Of a DNA stretch of 42,123 nt, positions 1 through 9,660 are shown piece by piece (position 1 is the first letter of the stretch; every line of letters starts with the position of its first letter). The notes below the pieces were generated by a model, which searched no databases, was not told where the DNA came from, and saw only the letters and a list, made by a program, of their open reading frames with translations. The stretch lies in the sequence record DRR723986_51470; one strand, 5' to 3'. A program made the translations under genes and the position numbers.

Positions 1-855
1 TTGAGTTGTGTTTTCTTGGAGCCACAAATATCTTTTTTCGGTGGAAGTTTTATTGTGGTTGATCATGCCATTTATTTCTGGATTTTCTTTTTGGCCTATA
101 TCCCTCACCTCATATCAACGCTGAATTTGTCGTCAAATAGACAAGGGTTTAGAGCCATTTATTTGGCATGGCTTACTGTGATTGTTTTGTTCGCTTCGTT
201 CGTTTTAGCAATTAGAGGAGGGCATCTTTTGTGGGCGCCTGCTTTACTTGTAGGAGTTTATATACTAGGAAAAAGATTTTTCTCAGGGAATATCTCTGCT
301 TTTGGCAGGCCAATGCAAACATCAGTGTTACTTGTGACGTATTTAATGTTATTAGGATTGACTGAAAGGTTCACGGCCGCATTTATTTTCAAATCTGAGA
401 ATATTAGAAACATAGACTCTTGGTCAACAGAACAGCTATTCTATTATTTTTTAGGATTGATTGTACTTATTGTTGTTACGTTATTCGTAGTAAAAAAGAA
501 AAATAATCATCCAGAATGGAACAGGTTAATAGTCAACTTACCATTTTTAATGGTTGGATTAATACTAGTCCATTATTTTGAAGATATGAATTGGTTGGAT
601 TTGACATGGATAGCTAACCTCATTCTTAACGTGTATATCCTTGTATTTGCAGCAAATGCCATGATTAAAGGTTCTAATAATAAAAATGTACTTTATATGC
701 TGTTTGGATTGTTCGCTGCAACTTATCTGATGTGGTTTCGATATTTTGATATGGAGTATTCCTTCTGGTTCAAAGGAATCTTCTTCATAATAGTAGGAGC
801 AGTGTTTATGTTAATCATGTCCATTGCTAAAGATGATCTTCAAATTGATGAGTAA
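1..855 (+). CDS. Multi-pass membrane protein, probably DUF2157-type, 5' truncated by window edge
   Basis: Many hydrophobic segments, ending ...RYFDMEYSFWFKGIFFIIVGAVF; stop overlaps the start of a GDYXXLXY-family gene, a common pairing. Confidence 0.6.
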   Translation: MSCVFLEPQISFFGGSFIVVDHAIYFWIFFLAYIPHLISTLNLSSNRQGFRAIYLAWLTVIVLFASFVLAIRGGHLLWAPALLVGVYILGKRFFSGNISAFGRPMQTSVLLVTYLMLLGLTERFTAAFIFKSENIRNIDSWSTEQLFYYFLGLIVLIVVTLFVVKKKNNHPEWNRLIVNLPFLMVGLILVHYFEDMNWLDLTWIANLILNVYILVFAANAMIKGSNNKNVLYMLFGLFAATYLMWFRYFDMEYSFWFKGIFFIIVGAVFMLIMSIAKDDLQIDE

Positions 856-1397
856 TGGATAGGACTAAAAAAATAGGTTTTCTTGCATTTGCATTAGTTA
901 TTCTTGCTATTCCTGTTTATCTGATGATGAGTTCAGAGGCAATTTTAGAAGATGGTCACCGACATAAAATAAGGCTAGAAGGACGTGATCCTTTTGATCC
1001 ATTTCGCGGTAAATTTCTTAGGTTAAATTTTAATGATGAGATAGCTTGCATTGACTGTTCTGAAGGTGAAGAGGTGTATGTTCTTTTGGAAAAAGGTGAG
1101 GATGGCTATTCATTTTTTAGTGAAGGAGTAAAAGAAAAACCGGAACATTCCGACTATTTCAAAGCAACAGTCGAGCGCGTTTATTTGGATAAGGCGAACG
1201 TGAAAATCGATAACCTTACCAAGTATTTTATCAATGAGGATAAAGCCAAGAAAGCAGAAGATATTTTGCAAAGTTATACCCGTCAAAAGCCAGATGAAGT
1301 TTACTTGGCGATAAGAGTTTTGAATGGAGAAGCGAGATTAGAAGATATTTTTATCGAAGAAACACCTTTTCTTGAGTTTTTGGATGAATGGGAATAA
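855..1397 (+). CDS. GDYXXLXY domain membrane-anchored protein
   Basis: N-terminal TM helix, then GRDPFDPFRGKFLRLNF (variant of DPxDxxRGDYxxLxY) and KYFINE; TAATG overlap with upstream gene. Confidence 0.75.
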   Translation: MDRTKKIGFLAFALVILAIPVYLMMSSEAILEDGHRHKIRLEGRDPFDPFRGKFLRLNFNDEIACIDCSEGEEVYVLLEKGEDGYSFFSEGVKEKPEHSDYFKATVERVYLDKANVKIDNLTKYFINEDKAKKAEDILQSYTRQKPDEVYLAIRVLNGEARLEDIFIEETPFLEFLDEWE

Positions 1398-1753
1398 TAG
1401 TTGTCTCTAAATTTTGGGTTCCCAAAAAGCATAAAGCTATTACACTTTGGCCATTTATTATTGTAAAAAATAAAGCCCTAAAAAGTGATCTGAGTTTATT
1501 GAATCATGAAAAAATTCATATTCAACAACAAATAGAATTATTAATTATTCCTTTTTATTTATGGTATGGAGCAGAATTTCTGATTAATCTTATTAGAGGT
1601 TATTCAAGGCATGAATCCTACCGAAATATAAGTTTTGAGAAAGAGGCTTATAGTAAGGAGTTAGACTTCAACTATCTAAAGAACAGAAGGTTTTGGAATT
1701 TTTTAATTTACTTTGGGAAAAAAGTTCACGATCCAAGTCAAGGTAAAAAATAA
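1388..1753 (+). CDS. Small hypothetical protein with HExxH zincin-like motif
   Basis: AITLWPFI...LNHEKIHIQQQIE...YRNISFEKEAY; overlaps both neighbours. Confidence 0.7.
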   Translation: MGIIVVSKFWVPKKHKAITLWPFIIVKNKALKSDLSLLNHEKIHIQQQIELLIIPFYLWYGAEFLINLIRGYSRHESYRNISFEKEAYSKELDFNYLKNRRFWNFLIYFGKKVHDPSQGKK

Positions 1754-3794
1754 TCTTCCAGCTATCTTAATATTGCTGCTTTCACTCATGAGCGGCATTA
1801 TTGCTCATTTTTATTTTGATATGAAGTCAAGTTTGAGCTTATTGCTCATCATTGGCACGGTTACAGTTATTCAATTGATTCCGAAATTTTCAGTTCACAA
1901 AATTGCTTCCCCATTATTTATAGCGTCTATTGTCTTTTGGTTTTTTAATCTGGGGCTTTTCTTGTCGTCAATAAATGATAGCAGAAATAATCCCGAATAT
2001 TTCGGTGATATTGCTGATCGCTCGAATAAAGTTGTAGTGAGGATAGTTGAGCCAACTGTTGAAAAAGAAAAATCCATTAAGTGTGTAGTAGAAGTCCTGC
2101 AAATTGATGACGCCGTGGTATCTGGAAAATCCCTGATCTATTTTGAAAAGGACACTGCTTCAAGGGATTTGAAATACGGTGATGTTATTTGTTTTGAAGG
2201 AAATTTCAATGAAATATTTGCGAATGGAAATCCACATGAATTTGATTACAAAAGATACTTAGCCATTCATGATATTCATCATCAGGCTTATATCAAATCA
2301 GGTAATTGGATTAAGCATGGTGAAAAGGCTAATTTTCTGTTTCAAATAATATTTAGTTTACGACAATACCTGAGCCATGAGTTAGCACATTTTGGCTTAG
2401 AAAATAAGAATTTAATGGTGGCAAATGCTTTGCTTTTAGGGCAAAAAGAGTATTTGGATAAAGATGTTTTGAGGTCGTACTCAAGTGCAGGAGCAATGCA
2501 CGTTTTAGCTGTTTCTGGATTACACGTTGGAATTGTCATGTTGTTACTAAGTTTTTTACTTAGTCCGATTAAGAAATGGAGAAGAGGAAAGGTGTTGTTT
2601 TTAGGGTTAATGTTAGGGGGGATTTGGTTTTACGCGATAATTACTGGCTTGTCTCCGTCTGTTTTAAGAGCAGCTGTAATGTTTTCGTTTATTGTGGTAG
2701 GCAAAGAATTGCAAAGAGATACTTCTATTTACCAATCAATTTTAGTATCGGCATTTATTCTTATTGTCATTGAGCCTTATATTATTTTTCAAGTTGGATT
2801 TCAGCTGAGTTATTTGGCAGTAATTGGAATCGTTTATATCCAACCAAAAATTGCCAATTTATTTTATGTCAAGCATGTAATACTAGATAAAGCATGGCAA
2901 ATTACATCAGTGTCAATCGCTGCTCAATTGGCCACATTTCCTTTGGGTCTTTATTATTTCCATCAGTTTCCTAATTTCTTCATGATCTCTAATCTCATTG
3001 TGATTCCACTAGCCTTTGCACTGTTAATAATTGGGTTGAGTTTTTTTATTTTACATTGGATTCCTTTGATTGCTGAAGGACTCATTTTTGTTTTCGATTC
3101 TTTGCTAAGTATTTTGAACCTAGGTGTGGCTTGGATAGAGAATTTGCCTTACTCGATAGTCTGGGGAATTTCAATTCATTGGTATGAGGTGTTTTTACTG
3201 TATTTAATCATTGTCACGAGTATAGTGGCCTTTGTTAAGAAGAGTTTTAAGTTATTGTTAGGAGGGATGATTTTATCCATAGGTATGTTGCTATTGAATA
3301 TCGTAGAGGTGTCTAAGATCAATTCTGAGAAAAAGTTGTTTGTCTACAACGTCAGTAATGAGGTTGCTGTAGATGTGTTTGAGGGACCACACAATGTGTT
3401 TTACACCTCATCAGAAATGTTTGAAGATGAAGAGAAGATGCTTTTTCATGTTAAACATAACTGGTTTTATCGCTCAGGAAAAGAAGAACCTTCTGTCTTT
3501 GTAGATGTTGATTCCATACAACCATATATCCAATTTGGTGATGATGTGATGTATATTTTGAATGACAATTCAGTGAAAAGTGCTCGATATCAAATGCCTG
3601 ATGCCAGAATCGTGTTAATTGAGTCTATTGACTTTATCGATCAGTCTATAATTGATTATTTAAAAGCGAGCAGCGTAAAAATCATTATTGGGCCAAATGT
3701 TGGATATGGATTAAAGAAATATTTGAAAAAAGAAATAGACCCAGATCAGCTGTTTTCACTTAAAGAGCAAGGTGTGTTTGAACTCAATTTCTAG
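1713..3794 (+). CDS. comEC: ComEC/Rec2 family competence membrane protein (start uncertain, may be downstream)
   Basis: NPHEFDYKRYL, AGAMHVLAVSGLHVGI, PSVLRAAVM and GFQLSYLAV competence-domain motifs. Confidence 0.93.
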   Translation: MGKKFTIQVKVKNNLPAILILLLSLMSGIIAHFYFDMKSSLSLLLIIGTVTVIQLIPKFSVHKIASPLFIASIVFWFFNLGLFLSSINDSRNNPEYFGDIADRSNKVVVRIVEPTVEKEKSIKCVVEVLQIDDAVVSGKSLIYFEKDTASRDLKYGDVICFEGNFNEIFANGNPHEFDYKRYLAIHDIHHQAYIKSGNWIKHGEKANFLFQIIFSLRQYLSHELAHFGLENKNLMVANALLLGQKEYLDKDVLRSYSSAGAMHVLAVSGLHVGIVMLLLSFLLSPIKKWRRGKVLFLGLMLGGIWFYAIITGLSPSVLRAAVMFSFIVVGKELQRDTSIYQSILVSAFILIVIEPYIIFQVGFQLSYLAVIGIVYIQPKIANLFYVKHVILDKAWQITSVSIAAQLATFPLGLYYFHQFPNFFMISNLIVIPLAFALLIIGLSFFILHWIPLIAEGLIFVFDSLLSILNLGVAWIENLPYSIVWGISIHWYEVFLLYLIIVTSIVAFVKKSFKLLLGGMILSIGMLLLNIVEVSKINSEKKLFVYNVSNEVAVDVFEGPHNVFYTSSEMFEDEEKMLFHVKHNWFYRSGKEEPSVFVDVDSIQPYIQFGDDVMYILNDNSVKSARYQMPDARIVLIESIDFIDQSIIDYLKASSVKIIIGPNVGYGLKKYLKKEIDPDQLFSLKEQGVFELNF

Positions 3795-3956
3795 CTTGCT
3801 TTTCGGCTTTTTTTCTTGCCTTAGCTTCTTTTTTCAGCCTTTTTTTCTTCTGTTTTTCAGTCTCCTGAATAACTGGTTTGTCTTCTTTTTCGGTGGCTTC
3901 AACACCACCTGGTAAAATCAGTTGAACCGATCCGGCCCCATCTTCTTTTTCAGTAA

Positions 3957-4517
3957 CTACTTTTTTTTTACTGGACCTTTGCCCTTTTTATACAGTATTT
4001 CTGTTTTGTCACTCTTTGCTCCAATTGAGCTATTAATGGTGGCATCAATTACTCTGTAATCATTGTCCAATTGAACAATATGTTCATAGTAAACGGTAAT
4101 GCCGTCATTTGTTTGAATGTTTGACCAAAAATGAATTTCGAAATGACTAACTCTGTATTCAAAGTTATCTGCACTTTCTTGAATTTTTGTATAAGATGCT
4201 TTAAGCTCACTATGCTCCTTTTGGTATTCAGCGTCTGATTTTTTGTATCGCCCAATGCTTTTACTTTTCTCTAAATCTTCTAATCGTTCTTTGTACATTC
4301 TTGAGCGCATCACTTGAATAAAGTATTCTTCAGTGTAAAAAGCATGAAATTGCTCAAATTTGTATTCTTTATGCATGTAAAACACAGAATCTGCCCATCT
4401 CACAACGGCCTTTTTAACCTTTGCTTCATCTTCAGCAGAGTCAATTTCTTGGTCTTGAGTAAATCCGCTTATTGCAGTAAACAAGCTTATAAATAATAAA
4501 AGAGTAAATTTTTTCAT
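3957..4517 (-). CDS. Exported hypothetical protein; possible -1 frameshift extension to 3784
   Basis: Signal-peptide-like N-terminus MKKFTLLLFISLFTAISGFTQ; ends GTA AAA AAA AAG TAG; -1 frame open for 58 more codons. Confidence 0.8.
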   Translation of the reverse strand: MKKFTLLLFISLFTAISGFTQDQEIDSAEDEAKVKKAVVRWADSVFYMHKEYKFEQFHAFYTEEYFIQVMRSRMYKERLEDLEKSKSIGRYKKSDAEYQKEHSELKASYTKIQESADNFEYRVSHFEIHFWSNIQTNDGITVYYEHIVQLDNDYRVIDATINSSIGAKSDKTEILYKKGKGPVKKK

Positions 4518-4522
4518 GTTGC

Positions 4523-5464
4523 TTAATTATTGAAGTACTGTGCAAAAGGTCTGTCCATTTGAAAAATATTTCCCACTTCATAGTAAGGGCTAAATTCAAC
4601 TAGCACGACATTTGTATCAGCTTGTTCATTGTAGGTACCAGTAAATTTATGAAAAAAATAGTAACCTAAATTTTCATTGGTCGAATCATCTACAGTTTGA
4701 TATAAATTAGAAAAAGCAAGACTTTTGTATTCTGTAATATCTGTTCGCTCTTTTCCTAATAAATTTTTCACCTGCCTTTCCATAACGTACTGTTGGTCAA
4801 ATGTTCCTTTGATTTTAACTTCTCGTGTCATTTTAAGTGCATGCAATAAAAATGCCGATTTATCCGTCAGGTTGGTTTTGCTTTCTAATTCCTTTTTAAA
4901 AAAGGCATAAAAATTATAGCTCATCTCTTTAGATTCTTGATAAGAGTCGTGCAAGAATATAGGTTTTTCGTAGAAGAAAAAAGAGAGAATTGAAGCGTAA
5001 TCTTTGGGGATTTTCGTAATAATTTTTGCCGATAAATCTTTTATTCCGAGCGTATCGTTTAGTATGAAATTGGTTTCAAAAACAGTACAATTATCTAAGC
5101 TGTCCTTTAAGGTGAAAAAATGGTCTAAATCAACGGTCCGCTCAATTCCATACTGTTCGATATATCTTTTCTTTTTCGCTATGGCTGAATCAAGTTCGGG
5201 AGTTGAGAACCCTTGCTCAGTTTTTTTCGCTTCAAGTTTTTCTAAATCATCAATTGCCTTGGGTTTATGGATGGTGATTATTCCGAATCCATAAGGCTCG
5301 TATTTCTGATCTACTTTCTGAGAAAGATAGGCTGCAACTGCATTTTGACTTTTAACTTGTAAAGTTTCTTCAGGTACCTCTTCTTCTTCAAAGATGGCAT
5401 CCGCAAAATAACATGAGCTCAAAAAGCCACATAAAAAGATTAAAGAAAAAGTGATTCTTTTCAT
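4523..5464 (-). CDS. Hypothetical lipoprotein
   Basis: MKRITFSLIFLCGFLSSC lipobox; 313-aa ORF 42 nt downstream of dnaN. Confidence 0.8.
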   Translation of the reverse strand: MKRITFSLIFLCGFLSSCYFADAIFEEEEVPEETLQVKSQNAVAAYLSQKVDQKYEPYGFGIITIHKPKAIDDLEKLEAKKTEQGFSTPELDSAIAKKKRYIEQYGIERTVDLDHFFTLKDSLDNCTVFETNFILNDTLGIKDLSAKIITKIPKDYASILSFFFYEKPIFLHDSYQESKEMSYNFYAFFKKELESKTNLTDKSAFLLHALKMTREVKIKGTFDQQYVMERQVKNLLGKERTDITEYKSLAFSNLYQTVDDSTNENLGYYFFHKFTGTYNEQADTNVVLVEFSPYYEVGNIFQMDRPFAQYFNN

Positions 5465-5506
5465 TTGCTGGTTTCTAAAAACACCGCAAAAACCATACCT
5501 AATAAG

Positions 5507-6625
5507 TTATCGAATCATAACAGGCATCACCAGCATTAGAATATCTTCACTTTCGTTATCGTTACTAGAAGGTAAAAGAATTCCAGCCTTGTTAGGCTCG
5601 CTCATTTCAAGAATTACTTCCTGGGTAGAAATGTGATTTAACATTTCAAGAAGGAACTTAGAGTTGAAACCAATCTCCATGTCATCACCTGCATAGTTAC
5701 AAGTTAACCTTTCTTTGGCTTCATTTGAAAAGTCAAGGTCCTCAGCTGAAATTGATAATTCGCTTCCCGCCACTTTCAGTTTTACCTGATGCGTAGTTTT
5801 ATTTGAGAATATTGAAACCCTTTTAATTGAGTTTAAAAAAGACATTCTATCAACTGTCAGTACATTTGGGTTTTCTTCAGGAATTACTGCCTCATAATTA
5901 GGGTATTTTCCATCAATTAATCTACAGGTTAACTCTATAGATCCAAATGCGAACCTCACCGTGGTTTCATTATAAGTTAATACCACTTCCTCTTCACCGG
6001 TTAAGTTTTGCTTAAGCAGGTTTAGTGGTTTTTTAGGTAAAATAAAATCTGCAGATTTTTCCGCGGTTGCATCAGTCCTGTTATAACGTACTAATTTGTG
6101 TGCATCTGTGGCAACGAACGTCAGACGTTCAGTTGAGAATTGACAAAATACTCCGCTCATTACGGGTCTTAGTTCATCATTACCAGTTGCAAATAATGTT
6201 TTATCAATTGCCGTTGCAATTATAGCGCCTTTAATATTTAATGAACTGGCATTTTCTAATTCAGCTGATTTAGGGAAATCATTGGCGTTTTGGCCAACTA
6301 ATTTATACTTTCCATAATCTGAAGAAATTTCAATTCCGAAATTGCTTCCATCAATTTGGAATGCAAGAGGTTGGTCGGAGAAATTCTTTAGGGTATCAAG
6401 TAGTAATTTTGCTGGGATTGCAATTCGACCATCTTCTTTAGACTCATCTGGTTTAACAGTGGTCTTCATTGTGTTTTCCAAATCAGATGCCGAAATAGTC
6501 AATTCTCCATTCTCTAACTCAAATAGAAAGTTGTCTAAAATCGGAAGAGAGTTACCACTGTTTAAAACCCCGCTAATTCGCTGAAGATTTTTTAATAAAG
6601 TAGAACTAGAAATAATGAAGTTCAT
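5507..6625 (-). CDS. dnaN: DNA polymerase III beta sliding clamp
   Basis: LPILDNFLF, ASDLE, VATDAHKL, RLIDGKYPNYEAVIP, IGFNSKFL, LVMPV; 372 aa. Confidence 0.98.
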   Translation of the reverse strand: MNFIISSSTLLKNLQRISGVLNSGNSLPILDNFLFELENGELTISASDLENTMKTTVKPDESKEDGRIAIPAKLLLDTLKNFSDQPLAFQIDGSNFGIEISSDYGKYKLVGQNANDFPKSAELENASSLNIKGAIIATAIDKTLFATGNDELRPVMSGVFCQFSTERLTFVATDAHKLVRYNRTDATAEKSADFILPKKPLNLLKQNLTGEEEVVLTYNETTVRFAFGSIELTCRLIDGKYPNYEAVIPEENPNVLTVDRMSFLNSIKRVSIFSNKTTHQVKLKVAGSELSISAEDLDFSNEAKERLTCNYAGDDMEIGFNSKFLLEMLNHISTQEVILEMSEPNKAGILLPSSNDNESEDILMLVMPVMIR

Positions 6626-6651
6626 AGTTGTCTATTTTTTATAAATCTGAA

Positions 6652-6659
6652 CAAATATA
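6652..6659 (-). promoter_or_regulatory. Bacteroidota -7 promoter element for dnaN operon
   Basis: Minus strand TATATTTG matches TAnnTTTG, 26 nt upstream of the ATG. Confidence 0.6.
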
Positions 6660-6831
6660 GAACGAATTTGAACTGCAGGAGTCAAGAAATTGACCTTTTT
6701 ATTAACATTGTACGGTGGCATTAAATCTTTAGAAAATATTTTTTCTGAATTCGATAGAGGTGCAGTAACTTAGGGTTTTGTCAAAGTTTTCAATCAAGTT
6801 ATTATATAGAAATCCCTATCTTAGAATCCCC

Positions 6832-8832
6832 ATGAAGAGATTAGTTTTGTTCATAATTACTACGTTGACCTTTTGGTCAGCAAATGCTCAGCTTTTCAAA
6901 GGGATTGAGCATTTAAATCAATACGAGCCTTTGATCTCTGAAATGGATGCTGCTTTAAAATCTAATCCGGTTAGGTTTTCAGAAATTTATAAAGAACTTA
7001 GATCCCTACATCATTCCAAAAATGACGAAACATTAGGAACAGCACTTGATGTATATCAAGGTTCGTTCATGTATTTTCAAAACAACCTGGATTCTGCAGC
7101 CTATTATTTTGATCGAGCTCTTGAGCAATCGAGCAAAATAGGTCAAGACCAAATTTATCGAACAGCCAAAATTAGACGAATTTTTACTGATGAATACAAG
7201 AAGACGAAGTATCAAATGGCCCAAGAAATGAGGGCAGTTTATATTGACTCTTACAACAAGCGTGACACGATTAATTTGATATACAGTCTAAACGGACTAG
7301 GGATTTTTTACGGAGATATGGACAGTGTATCATTTGCCCTATCGAGTTTTTATGAGGCCCTCAGGTTGGCCGATCTCAGTGCAAACATGAATGAAAAAGG
7401 TTTCATCCATAATAATTTAGGGTTAGTCAAGTATGACTTGGGAGCCAAAGATTCTGCCTTTTCTGATTTTCAACAATGTTTAAAGATTGGTATTGATCAA
7501 GATAATGCTATGTTGCAAGCTATCGCCAGGCAGAACATTGGTTTGTACTATTCCAGCATAGATTCTAATGACTTGGCCAAAGAACAATATCTGTTGGTGA
7601 ATAAAATGGGTCAAGAGTTTGGATATACTTTATACATTCTTTCTTCAATTACCAATTTGGCAAGCCTTGAAATGACTATGGGTAATTCATCAGCGAGTGA
7701 TTCATTGAGTTCTCTTGCATTGAAAATAGCTAAAGAAGGAAAAGTTTTGTTCACTGTGCCCACGATTTATTATGGTAAAGCATTTTATAAGATGAAATCT
7801 AGAGATTTTCAAGACGCTTTAATTATGTTGGATTCGGCCTATGCCTACACTCAATACGCTCAATTTAGTGAGGTTATGCCTCCTTATTATCATCTTAAAT
7901 TCAGGATTTACGAAGAAATGGGAGACCATAAAAAAGCGCTGGAGGTCTACAAACAAAAGGTTGAATTGAGTGATTCTTTGGATGCAATCGGAAACGAAAA
8001 ATTATTGGCAGAACTACAGTTTAGATATGATGATGAAAAGAAGGAGCGGATAAGAAGTGTAGAACAAAATAAATTGAAGTTGCAAGTGAAGCAAGGCGAG
8101 GTTGAGTTGGCTCAATTTCAACAAAACGTATTAATCGTAGTTTCCATTTTGTCAGCCATAATTTTTATATCACTTATTCTTTACTTCAGATTAAAGCAAA
8201 AGAGTGATAACTTATTCAGTCATACAATTGCGAATAAATTAGAGGAAGAGCGTGCAAGAATTGCAAGAGATTTACATGATGGTTTAGGGCAAAGTATGAT
8301 CGTTCTGAAAAATAAATTCAACAATCTCGAAATTGAAAACGATAAAGATGTCATGCATTTGAATGACAATTTCAGTGAGGTGATAGAAGAGGTTAGGTCA
8401 ATTTCCAGATCTTTGATTCCACCAGAATTGAAGCGACTTGGATTAGAAAAGGCCATTCAGAATATGATGGATGAAATTGAAAAATCATCCAATTATATAA
8501 TTACTGCAGAGATTGATTGCCTAAAGAAGATGAATTTTGAAGAAACTCAAAGCATCCGTATTTACAGGATCATCCAAGAACTCTGTACAAATTCGTTGAA
8601 GCATTCAGGTGCATCTTCTATTAAACTAGAGGCGTTAGAAATTGAAAACATGCTGGAGTTAATTTATCAAGATAACGGTAAAGGATTAGACATGGATAAA
8701 TGGAAAGCCGCAAGTAATTCAGTTGGGTTTAAAAGTATAGAGCAACGATTGAAGTTTTTGAAAGGAACCGCTAAGGTGGATAAAGTGAAGTCTGGTTTTA
8801 AAATCAATATTAAAATTCCTATAAATTCGTAA
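6832..8832 (+). CDS. TPR-repeat membrane sensor histidine kinase (HisKA_3 type)
   Basis: Signal peptide from ATG 6832, TPR-like repeats (SLNGLGIFY, IHNNLGLVK, ARQNIGLYY), one TM helix, ERARIARDLHDGLGQ, YRIIQELCTNSLKHS, DNGKG. Confidence 0.92.
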   Translation: MKRLVLFIITTLTFWSANAQLFKGIEHLNQYEPLISEMDAALKSNPVRFSEIYKELRSLHHSKNDETLGTALDVYQGSFMYFQNNLDSAAYYFDRALEQSSKIGQDQIYRTAKIRRIFTDEYKKTKYQMAQEMRAVYIDSYNKRDTINLIYSLNGLGIFYGDMDSVSFALSSFYEALRLADLSANMNEKGFIHNNLGLVKYDLGAKDSAFSDFQQCLKIGIDQDNAMLQAIARQNIGLYYSSIDSNDLAKEQYLLVNKMGQEFGYTLYILSSITNLASLEMTMGNSSASDSLSSLALKIAKEGKVLFTVPTIYYGKAFYKMKSRDFQDALIMLDSAYAYTQYAQFSEVMPPYYHLKFRIYEEMGDHKKALEVYKQKVELSDSLDAIGNEKLLAELQFRYDDEKKERIRSVEQNKLKLQVKQGEVELAQFQQNVLIVVSILSAIIFISLILYFRLKQKSDNLFSHTIANKLEEERARIARDLHDGLGQSMIVLKNKFNNLEIENDKDVMHLNDNFSEVIEEVRSISRSLIPPELKRLGLEKAIQNMMDEIEKSSNYIITAEIDCLKKMNFEETQSIRIYRIIQELCTNSLKHSGASSIKLEALEIENMLELIYQDNGKGLDMDKWKAASNSVGFKSIEQRLKFLKGTAKVDKVKSGFKINIKIPINS

Positions 8833-8833
8833 G

Positions 8834-9484
8834 ATGGTAAAGATTTTAGCCGTAGATGATCATCCAATTTTTAGAAAGGGACTTGTGGGCCTAATTAAAG
8901 ATGAAGTTCAAGACTGTGATATTTCTGAAGCTGAAAATGGCGCTGAGGCCATTGATATGCTAAATACTTCAAAATTTGATTTTCTTATTTTGGATATTGA
9001 TATGCCAGAAAAATCTGGAATTGATGTTTTGGATTTTATCAAAGCAAACAATGTAGAAACCAAGACAATTATATTAACCATGCACAATGACGAATTGTTT
9101 TTTAACGAGGCATTTAATAGAGGTGCAGTTGGTTTTTTGTTAAAAGAAGATTCAAGTATTGAAATAATCGAATGTTTGGAGCGTGTTGAAAAAGGTAAGC
9201 CTTTTGTGAGTAAAAAATTAATGTCCTATTTAGAAAACCGTTCTGCATTTAATGAAGAGATGTCAAGGATTAAATCGGCGATTATGTCTTTGACGAAATC
9301 AGAGATGAACACCCTTAAATTGGTTGCTCAAAACAAAACTTCAAAAGAAATAGGCGAATTACTTTTTGTAACCGAAAAATCTGTAGAAAATTACAGAAGT
9401 AGAATTTGTAAAAAGCTAGATATTTCTGGTGGAAGTAATAGTCTGTTTAAATGGTGTGTTAAAAATAAAGAATTGATCAAGTAA
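8834..9484 (+). CDS. NarL/FixJ family response regulator (REC plus LuxR HTH)
   Basis: VDDHPIFRKG, LDIDMP, LTMH, LTKSE...TSKEIGELLFVTEKSVENYRSRICKKL. Confidence 0.93.
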   Translation: MVKILAVDDHPIFRKGLVGLIKDEVQDCDISEAENGAEAIDMLNTSKFDFLILDIDMPEKSGIDVLDFIKANNVETKTIILTMHNDELFFNEAFNRGAVGFLLKEDSSIEIIECLERVEKGKPFVSKKLMSYLENRSAFNEEMSRIKSAIMSLTKSEMNTLKLVAQNKTSKEIGELLFVTEKSVENYRSRICKKLDISGGSNSLFKWCVKNKELIK

Positions 9485-9601
9485 AGGTCAACTGCCAATT
9501 AACTTCCTTTTGTGTCAGTATTTAATGTCTTTCTGTCATTTAGACAGTCAATTTTGGGCTGAATATGACAAAATGCAAGCTAATATGCCGATTTATCTGG
9601 T

Positions 9602-9616
9602 TGGCATAATGATTGA
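9602..9616 (+). promoter_or_regulatory. Sigma54-like -24/-12 promoter upstream of dnaK
   Basis: TGGCATAATGATTGA = GG-N10-GA versus consensus TGGCAC-N5-TTGC. Confidence 0.5.
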
Positions 9617-9660
9617 ACTTTCCGGATTGAATAAAAATTTGAATAACAACAATTAAAGAT

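Noticed and set aside
6731-6818. Inverted repeats upstream of the TPR kinase (AGAAAA/TTTTCT; TAGGGTTTT/AAATCCCTA)
   Set aside because: Short or low-complexity; expected by chance in AT-rich DNA and no second copy supports an operator
9485-9660. CIRCE element upstream of dnaK
   Set aside because: No TTAGCACTC-N9-GAGTGCTAA present
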